Source: Acidobacteriota bacterium (GTDB lineage: Bacteria; Acidobacteriota; Blastocatellia; Pyrinomonadales; Pyrinomonadaceae). Taken from it: a stretch of 64,000 nt of DNA. A program made the position numbers and the translations under genes. The notes beneath the pieces are model-generated. The model made no database searches. It saw only the letters and a list, made by a program, of their open reading frames with translations, and was not told where the DNA came from. Where the stretch lies: positions 738 to 64,737 of the forward strand of contig JBKPNP010000132.1 of NCBI GenBank assembly GCA_046732775.1, read 5' to 3'. This document shows positions 57,429-64,000 of the stretch, in pieces (positions within the stretch are counted from its first letter, which is position 1; each line of letters starts with the position of its first letter).

Positions 57429-60104
57429 TTACTTCTTCTTCAGCTCCATTGTCCAGATGTCGCTCTGGCGATTGCCTATCGGGAAATAAAAATTTTTCGA
57501 GTCAGCGTCGAGGTTCGTTCGATAGAATTGATGACTAGGATCAGTAAGGTGGACTACTCGACGCCCCTGGTCACCATTGACCGGCAGCTGCCAGATCGAA
57601 GATGAGCCGTCTTTTTCGCGTGCCGAGAAGTAAAGGTGGCGCGAATCTCTGCTCCAAAGGAGTGAGCCAGCAGCGGCCACGACAGAGTCGAGCGCAGCAA
57701 CTGATGGTATGTGAACCGGGTTGCTGCCATCTGCATCAGTCGTATACGCGCCGACCGGACATTTCGCGCACACCATGCCGTCCGGTCCCCCGACCGCGAC
57801 ACGCTTCAAATCATAGGACATTCCGAGTATCAGCCCTCGCACCAGGAGCTTCGGCTTGCCCCATTCCGTGGGCTTCGCAGGATTCCGTCTTATGATCCGG
57901 AACGAGTCGGGCAGAACGTTATAAATGATGCTTCCGTCTGACTGCCATACCGGGGCAAGTTCCTGACTAGGCGTCGCAACCACCGTCTCGACGTCACCGC
58001 CGTCGGCGTTCATCGTGTAGACATCACGGTTTCCCTTGTCGACGCTGTGATAAGCGATGTGCGTTCCGTCGGGCGACCAGGCAGGGGAGAAATCGTCGAT
58101 GGAATTGTGCGTAAGCTGCTGCGGCTCGCCGCCGTCTACCGGGACCTTGAAGATGTCGGCGTTTCCGTTGAGGTTGGAATCGTAGGCGATCCACTTCCCA
58201 TCGTACGAGACAAACCCCGATTCAACTGTCTGATTGCCGCTTGTGATCTGGTGCAGCTGTGCATCGGTAGCAGTCGACGCTGAGATCGGAATCGACCAGA
58301 GATTGGCGACCGTATTGAAGACGCTATAGGCGAGAGTTTTTCCTGATCGATCGACCGAGATTGTATGCGCGTTGAGTCCTGTTGTCAGGCGAACCGATTC
58401 ACCACGCGGTTTGAGATCACTGCCGATTCGCTGACTGTAAATGTCGCGATTGCCGCCCATCGACGACACGAAAAGAACTTCACCGTCCGGAGTGAATACC
58501 GGACTGACATTGAGATGCGTTGCATCGGATATCTGTACTGGCTCACCTCCGTCAGCGCGAACAACCCAAACGGTCGATGGTGCAAGATTGCCTATGTTAT
58601 CGCCTACGAAGAACTGGCTATTTCCTGTGGTGAAGGTGATAAGCTTGTCGTCGGTAGACCACGACGGCATCATGACTCCGTCGCCACTTGCTGTACCGGG
58701 TACAGTATGTGGGCTGCCGCCTTTCGAATCTGTAACTACAAGAGCCGCTGTCTGTAACTCGATACATGCGGCACGGTCTCCAGCATTGGAGAACACGCAA
58801 CCGCCCAGTTTGTCGAATCCGGGCACAGGAGCAGGAACGCCACCGAGTGCGGGAACGACGAACAAACCGCCACCCAGCCTGCTGAAGTAGATCTTCGATC
58901 CATCCGGGCTCCAGGTTGCGAATGCCCCTCGATCAGTAACCAGGATCGGCCGACCACCGCCTATCTGGCGAACGAAAAGCTGGTAGCGATCATTGAAGGC
59001 GACGTTATATGCGACGAGCTTGCCATCGGGCGAAATACTTGGAAGAATCTCCAGCTCAGGGGCATTTGCCAGCTGCTTGGTGTTCGACACGATCAACGCT
59101 GGACTTTCGCGACGAAACGCAAAGGTGCTGGCAATGAATCCCGCGCCAACAACCCCGACAATTCCGGCTGCGACAGCGATTCGCTGCGGTGTCCAGCGGA
59201 ACGACTTTTTTACTGGCACCATCGACGGCACGCTTGCACCGCTTGTCATCGAATATGGCTCGAGCGCATTGTGCAGATCGTCGGCGCTCTGCCAGCGATC
59301 AGACGGATGCTTTTCGATACACCGCATGATCACAGCTGCCAGTCCCGGTGGGATCTGCGGACGATGCTGAGTCACCGGCATCGGCTGTGTCGTAATATGC
59401 GCAGACAATGTCTGCTGCTGATTCAATCCTGCAAATGGAGTTCTTCCAGTCAGCAGCTCGTATCCGACAATTCCCAGAGCGTAGATATCTGCGCGCGCAT
59501 CGACATTCGGATCGGCAGCTGCCTGCTCCGGCGCCATGTATGCAGGTGTGCCGAGTGCAATTCCAAGTGATGTAAGTGTCGGGCCTTCTGTCGGAGTTTC
59601 AGACGTCGCACTGCTCAATGCTTTCGAGACGCCAAAGTCGAGCACGAGAGCATGACTGCCGGAAATGATAATGTTCTCCGGCTTGATGTCGCGATGAACA
59701 ACTCCCTGCTCGTGTGCGTAGCTCAGTGCATCGGCGACTTCGCGAAGAATCTTCGTCGCCTCCTGAACCGGAAGCTCGCCTCTCTTGGTCAGCCGCGTCC
59801 GGAGATTGTCACCATTTATCAGTGGCATCGTGTAATACAGCAGCGATCCTTTGGCGCCAGCAGACAACAGCGGGACGATATGCGGGTGCTGCAGTCGTGC
59901 CGCTAACTGAATCTCCCGTCGAAAACGATCGATGTTGATGCCAGCGGCGAGGTCGGGCGGGAGAACCTTTATGACGACCTGGCGATCCAGCTCGGCCTCG
60001 GTCGCAACGAACACGCGGGACATTCCCGCGCCGCCAAGCTCGCGGTCGATTCTATAAGCTGCTCCAAGAACCTCCTGGAGCTGAGTTTGAAGGTCAGATG
60101 TCAC
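57429..60104 (-). CDS. Ser/Thr protein kinase fused to a PD40/TolB-like beta-propeller (paralogue A)
   Basis: GGAGMSRVFVA, HRDIKPENI, DFGVSK and APEQ are present. One TM helix follows, then repeated SPDG/DIY PD40 motifs. GTG start at 60104. Confidence 0.92.
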   Translation of the reverse strand: MTSDLQTQLQEVLGAAYRIDRELGGAGMSRVFVATEAELDRQVVIKVLPPDLAAGINIDRFRREIQLAARLQHPHIVPLLSAGAKGSLLYYTMPLINGDNLRTRLTKRGELPVQEATKILREVADALSYAHEQGVVHRDIKPENIIISGSHALVLDFGVSKALSSATSETPTEGPTLTSLGIALGTPAYMAPEQAAADPNVDARADIYALGIVGYELLTGRTPFAGLNQQQTLSAHITTQPMPVTQHRPQIPPGLAAVIMRCIEKHPSDRWQSADDLHNALEPYSMTSGASVPSMVPVKKSFRWTPQRIAVAAGIVGVVGAGFIASTFAFRRESPALIVSNTKQLANAPELEILPSISPDGKLVAYNVAFNDRYQLFVRQIGGGRPILVTDRGAFATWSPDGSKIYFSRLGGGLFVVPALGGVPAPVPGFDKLGGCVFSNAGDRAACIELQTAALVVTDSKGGSPHTVPGTASGDGVMMPSWSTDDKLITFTTGNSQFFVGDNIGNLAPSTVWVVRADGGEPVQISDATHLNVSPVFTPDGEVLFVSSMGGNRDIYSQRIGSDLKPRGESVRLTTGLNAHTISVDRSGKTLAYSVFNTVANLWSIPISASTATDAQLHQITSGNQTVESGFVSYDGKWIAYDSNLNGNADIFKVPVDGGEPQQLTHNSIDDFSPAWSPDGTHIAYHSVDKGNRDVYTMNADGGDVETVVATPSQELAPVWQSDGSIIYNVLPDSFRIIRRNPAKPTEWGKPKLLVRGLILGMSYDLKRVAVGGPDGMVCAKCPVGAYTTDADGSNPVHIPSVAALDSVVAAAGSLLWSRDSRHLYFSAREKDGSSSIWQLPVNGDQGRRVVHLTDPSHQFYRTNLDADSKNFYFPIGNRQSDIWTMELKKK

Positions 60105-60128
60105 GGGGCCGAATATAGGATGCCGATG

Positions 60129-60797
60129 TCAGCCGCGCTTACGAAACTCGGGCGGCAATTCAGTCCAGCGCTCCCGCCCCTTGAAATACTTCCACGGCTT
60201 GTAGCCATTCTTTCGAATGAACTCGCGATACCGCTTGTGCCGGATTCGAAACAGGCGATCGGACGATTTGATCGGGCGGTGCGGAGTATCCTGAAGAAGA
60301 CGCTCGACCTTCCAGAGATTCCCGTCCGACAATCGCCAGTTGTACGGATCGAGCACTCGCAAATCGAGAACGCAATAACCCTTGATGCGACCTGAGTGAT
60401 CGACATAACCCTCGGAGTAGCTCAATGCGAGCGCACGCGGAGTTGCGAACAACGGCTTGCGACCATGCAGACCCGGATCGCGTGAGCGCGCTACAGAACC
60501 CCAGCCGGTGCGAGTGCGATAGATCCACAACACATGATCGAGAAGATCGATTGACTCGAATCCAAGAATCAGTGGAGGATAACCGTGCTGCTCGAGAGTC
60601 GTCGCAGTAAACAAAACTGCTTCCAGGCAATGCGCCGTACGAGTTCGCACAACTCCCCGAAATCCGCGCATCGTGTCACCGGCTGGCTCTCGGTTGTACG
60701 GAAGATCGTTGAGCCACCTCTGCACTTTGAGCGGAGTAGTGAGCTCACGTACAATGCGCCGCTCGCCCGGTGTGAAATCGAGTGGCGGGCCCTTCAC
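60129..60797 (-). CDS. Orphan 222-aa protein, putative Cys-His-Asp (transglutaminase/papain-like) fold with a very basic C-terminus
   Basis: The GTG start shares one nt with the stop of the upstream kinase (TAGTG). Candidate triad context is TAHCLEAVLF ... LLDHVLWIY ... GWGSVARSRD. The fold assignment is by pattern only. Confidence 0.6.
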   Translation of the reverse strand: MKGPPLDFTPGERRIVRELTTPLKVQRWLNDLPYNREPAGDTMRGFRGVVRTRTAHCLEAVLFTATTLEQHGYPPLILGFESIDLLDHVLWIYRTRTGWGSVARSRDPGLHGRKPLFATPRALALSYSEGYVDHSGRIKGYCVLDLRVLDPYNWRLSDGNLWKVERLLQDTPHRPIKSSDRLFRIRHKRYREFIRKNGYKPWKYFKGRERWTELPPEFRKRG

Positions 60798-63466
60798 TAT
60801 TGTTTGTTGAGCTCCATCGTCCAGATGTCGCTCTGCCTGTCACCGATAGTGAAATAAAACTTTCCCTTGAACACGTCGAATGTCGATCGATACAGCTGAC
60901 GCAGGGGATCGGTGAAATGAAGGATTCTTCTTTCTTCATCACCGTTGATTGGAATCTGCCAGATTGCTGAAGTTCCGTCCGCTTCACGAACGGCACTGTA
61001 GAAATGCTTCGAGTCTCTGCTCCACGGTCCTGCGCCGGCTGAGCTCGAAAGAATCTGAGGATTCCTCAGCTGAATGAAGCGCGATTCAGTGCCATCCGCG
61101 TTCGCGATGTACGCGCCCGCGGGACAGTTGTCGCACACAATACCCGCTTGCGCGACATGAACCATCCATTTCCCATCAGGCGAATACATCGATGGAGAAG
61201 CTCCACCACGAAATGCGAGTGCCGGCGCACCCCACACATTCGCCTGCCGCTTCACCTCGAAAACGGAGTCAGGGAATACCATATAGAGGATTGCATCCTT
61301 GCCGTGCCACACCGGTAACCTCTGCTCGCCAGGACCCTGAACAACAGGACGAAGGTTCGTGCCGTCAGCATTCATGACGAAGATGTCGCGTGTTCCATTC
61401 TGAATGCTGTAGAACGCAATCTCGCTTCCATCAGGCGACCATGCCGGATGAAAATCGTCGAATCCATTTTTCGTAAGCTGCTCGGGATCACCGCCACCCA
61501 ACGGCACTCTGTATATGTCCTGATTGCCGTTCACGTTCGAGTCGTACGTGAGCCACTTTCCATCCGGCGATATCGAGCCGTACTCAACCGTCTGGTTGCC
61601 AGTCGTTACAGGCTTTGCTTGAGCTGCGTTAGCGATGTCAGATCCGCCTCCTGATGCAGTCCAGACATTCGCAACGGTCGTGAACGCACTGTAAGCGAGA
61701 AGCTTTCCGTCTTTGCTGATAGAGATCGTGTGAGGATTGAGTCCTGTGGTAAGCCGAACCGGTGCACCATGCGCGGTGAGATCTCCATTGATTCGCTGGA
61801 CATACACATCGCGTGATCCGCCAAGTGAAGAGATGTACAGCAGTGCTCCATTCGGAGTCCAGACAGGCGCAGTGTTGAGATGACTTTCGTCCGAGACTTT
61901 CACCGGCGTTCCACCACTTGCCTTCATCACCCAGATCGAAGACGGCGCAATGTTGCCAATGTCTGCACCGCTGAGGAACCCGCTGTTGCCGCGTGCGAAT
62001 GCAATCAGCTTGTCGTCATACGACCACGATGGCGCAAACGCTCCCGCTCTGTCCGGACCAGTGATGTCATGTCGATCGTTTCCGTCAGCGCTGACAATGA
62101 CAATTCCCCCGTTCGTCAGATTCCCGCACACGAGCCGATCACCTGCGTGTGCCCAGCTGCACTGATACAGCCCCTGAAATTCCGGGGCAGGCGATGGCGA
62201 TCCACCAAGAGCGGGGACAGTCATCATCTTGTCATCAGTCGTGAAAAGAATCTTGCTGCCGTCGGGACTCCACTGGGGCCAGCGCGGATTCACGGAAGTA
62301 TCGGTCAACGCAATCGCGCGCCCGCCCGAAAACTGCCGCACAAAAAGCTGAGAACGCCCCGAAACATTCACGACATACGCGAGCATTTTTCCATCAGGAG
62401 AAATGCTTGGATGGAATTCGAGTCCCGATGCGCTCGTTATCTGTCGAGTAGTTCCAATGGCTATCGAATCATTATCACGGCGAAGCGCGACTGTGCTTGC
62501 AAAGAGCGCTGTTGCAACAATGCCGAGCGCGCCTGCAGCGACTGCAATCCGCTGTGGCGTCCACCTGAATGGCTTCTTCGGAGTAACAGCGGCAGCGGTT
62601 GAACCGCTCGCGACTGAGTAAGGCTCGAGCGCATTGTAAAGATCTTCTGCTGACTGGAAACGATTTGCCGGAGTTTTCTCGAGACACTTCATCACAATCG
62701 ACGCGAGTCCCGGTGGAATCTCGGGTCGCACTTCAAGAAGCGGCTCGGGCAGCGTAGTTATCTGTGCCGACAGAGTCTGCTGCGGATTGAGTCCTCCGAA
62801 CGGCTTCTGTCCGCTCAGGAGCTCGTATGCAACGATGCCGAGCGTGTAGATATCGGCGCGCGCATCGATGTTGGGGTCTGCGAGAGCCTGCTCAGGAGCC
62901 ATATACGCAGGAGTTCCAATCGCAACGCTCAATGAAGTGAGTGCAATTCCCATATCATCGGCGTGCGACGATGCGCTCGTCAGCGCCTTCGCGACACCAA
63001 AGTCGAGCACGAGTGCGTGATTGCCGGAGATGAGAATGTTCTCGGGCTTGATGTCACGATGGACAATTCCCTGCGAATGCGCATAACTCAGCGCCTCGGC
63101 AACATCGCGAAGAATGCGAACCGCCTGCTGCGTTGAGACCTGACGCTCGTGCATCCATGCCCGCAGGTTCTCGCCGGTGATGAAGGGCATCGTGAAATAC
63201 AGAACAGATCCGCGTGCACCCGCAGCAAGCAGAGGGACGATGTGCGGATGCTGCAGCCGTGCAGCGACATGGATCTCGCGACGGAATCGATCGCTGTTGA
63301 GAGCAGCGGTGACATCGGGTGGGAGAACCTTGACTACTACCTGACGGTCGAGGTCGACCTCTGTCGCGACGAAAACACGCGACATGCCGGCACCACCCAG
63401 CTCCCGATCGACTCGGTAGCCGGGACCTAATATTTCCTGAAGCTGAGGTGCGAGTTCCGAGGTCAG
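60797..63466 (-). CDS. Ser/Thr protein kinase fused to a PD40/TolB-like beta-propeller (paralogue B), apparent CTG start
   Basis: Same architecture as paralogue A. The track ORF (from ATG 63385) would lack the Gly-rich loop. The 27 upstream in-frame codons align with paralogue A's N-terminus, and CTG at 63464-63466 sits at the position of A's GTG. Confidence 0.85.
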   Translation of the reverse strand: MTSELAPQLQEILGPGYRVDRELGGAGMSRVFVATEVDLDRQVVVKVLPPDVTAALNSDRFRREIHVAARLQHPHIVPLLAAGARGSVLYFTMPFITGENLRAWMHERQVSTQQAVRILRDVAEALSYAHSQGIVHRDIKPENILISGNHALVLDFGVAKALTSASSHADDMGIALTSLSVAIGTPAYMAPEQALADPNIDARADIYTLGIVAYELLSGQKPFGGLNPQQTLSAQITTLPEPLLEVRPEIPPGLASIVMKCLEKTPANRFQSAEDLYNALEPYSVASGSTAAAVTPKKPFRWTPQRIAVAAGALGIVATALFASTVALRRDNDSIAIGTTRQITSASGLEFHPSISPDGKMLAYVVNVSGRSQLFVRQFSGGRAIALTDTSVNPRWPQWSPDGSKILFTTDDKMMTVPALGGSPSPAPEFQGLYQCSWAHAGDRLVCGNLTNGGIVIVSADGNDRHDITGPDRAGAFAPSWSYDDKLIAFARGNSGFLSGADIGNIAPSSIWVMKASGGTPVKVSDESHLNTAPVWTPNGALLYISSLGGSRDVYVQRINGDLTAHGAPVRLTTGLNPHTISISKDGKLLAYSAFTTVANVWTASGGGSDIANAAQAKPVTTGNQTVEYGSISPDGKWLTYDSNVNGNQDIYRVPLGGGDPEQLTKNGFDDFHPAWSPDGSEIAFYSIQNGTRDIFVMNADGTNLRPVVQGPGEQRLPVWHGKDAILYMVFPDSVFEVKRQANVWGAPALAFRGGASPSMYSPDGKWMVHVAQAGIVCDNCPAGAYIANADGTESRFIQLRNPQILSSSAGAGPWSRDSKHFYSAVREADGTSAIWQIPINGDEERRILHFTDPLRQLYRSTFDVFKGKFYFTIGDRQSDIWTMELNKQ

Positions 63467-63525
63467 TGAATACTCAGGCCAAACCTGGTCCCGAATATCG
63501 AACCTTGCTCACTCATTGGCGAGGA

Positions 63526-64000
63526 TTAGTTCTTCTTTCCTTTCCCCGGATTTGTAGTCGGCTTTGCACCCTTGCCGCCATTTGCCGGAACTCCAGCGGG
63601 AGGACCTCCGCCGGTCTTGGTGGTACCGAGGGCCTTGCCCGGGTTAGCGGGCCGACCAGCGGTTGCGGGCCGGTTGCCTTGATTAGGCCCAAGACCCTCG
63701 GGAATCTGCTCGATCTCCCGATCCGAAGCGCGCGCCTGAAGCTTGGCGAGAACACGTGCAAGCGCTTCATCGGATGGAAGACCGCGATCGACGAGCGAGC
63801 CAATTACAAAAAGAGGCACCGCGAGTGAGCGGCCGGAGGGCGCACTCTTAGCAAGCGCGCTCACCGCGGTACCATCGACGCCCTGCCGCATGGCTTCGGC
63901 GCCGGCTTCGATTTCATCACTGGAAGGTTTACGCTGGTTGTCGAGCGCATCCTTTGCCTTCTCCATTCGATCTTCCTGCTGCTCGATGGACCTGGCAATC
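63526..64000 (-). CDS. Hypothetical protein with Gly/Pro/Lys-rich C-terminal tail (possibly 5'-truncated by window edge)
   Basis: The frame is open from the window end. The first ATG is at 63966. The C-terminus reads ...GGGPPAGVPANGGKGAKPTTNPGKGKKN. No recognisable motif. Confidence 0.4.
   Translation of the reverse strand, partial: IARSIEQQEDRMEKAKDALDNQRKPSSDEIEAGAEAMRQGVDGTAVSALAKSAPSGRSLAVPLFVIGSLVDRGLPSDEALARVLAKLQARASDREIEQIPEGLGPNQGNRPATAGRPANPGKALGTTKTGGGPPAGVPANGGKGAKPTTNPGKGKKN

Noticed and set aside
60797-63466. Calling kinase paralogue B a pseudogene because it lacks a canonical start.
   Set aside because: The entire 889-codon frame is intact, with all kinase catalytic motifs and PD40 repeats, and the downstream gene is translationally coupled to it. 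I kept it as a CDS with a flagged CTG start. The pseudogene option remains in the finding.

Overview
This is a gene-dense chromosomal segment with about 55 protein genes and one tRNA. It comes from a moderately GC-rich bacterium (judged by eye, not computed). All product calls rest on motifs read from the supplied translations; no database search was possible. The repertoire includes many ECF sigma/anti-sigma pairs, Hanks kinases fused to PD40/TolB beta-propellers, PRC-barrel, SPOR and TonB-type proteins. This suggests a Gemmatimonadota- or Acidobacteriota-like soil organism, which is inference only.

Most of the window is housekeeping:
- DNA metabolism: holA, mutS, ada.
- Cell envelope: ddl, lspA, fabI.
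- Central metabolism: pfkA, tkt, cystathionine beta-synthase, queF.
- tRNA-Phe.

Accessory-looking modules:
- A 2764-aa cyclic beta-1,2-glucan synthase.
- A FecI/FecR/STN-TonB-receptor surface-signalling unit.
- A peptide-uptake pair (Dcp and OPT).
- A PAS-GGDEF, VIT-vWA, ECF sigma, anti-sigma and M16-pair gene string.
- A four-gene minus-strand operon of three Ser/Thr kinases with an orphan 222-aa putative Cys-His-Asp enzyme translationally coupled inside it.

I found no rRNA, CRISPR array, transposase, integrase, phage gene or recognisable defence system.

The observations I consider most worth follow-up:
1. The kinase and orphan-enzyme operon.
2. Two genes whose conserved N-termini have no ATG/GTG/TTG and appear to start at CTG. 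One aligns exactly with the GTG start of its paralogue.
3. A short repeat family (AGAGTTAGCAGAG) that supplies the stop codons of ddl and the rhomboid gene and brackets the latter with a 17-nt perfect direct repeat.
4. A TGAATNC heptamer repeat family seen as direct repeats at one locus and as a 28-bp-arm palindrome at another.
5. A nested multi-stem element upstream of the first ECF sigma gene.

None of these is proven. Each entry states what would confirm or refute it.
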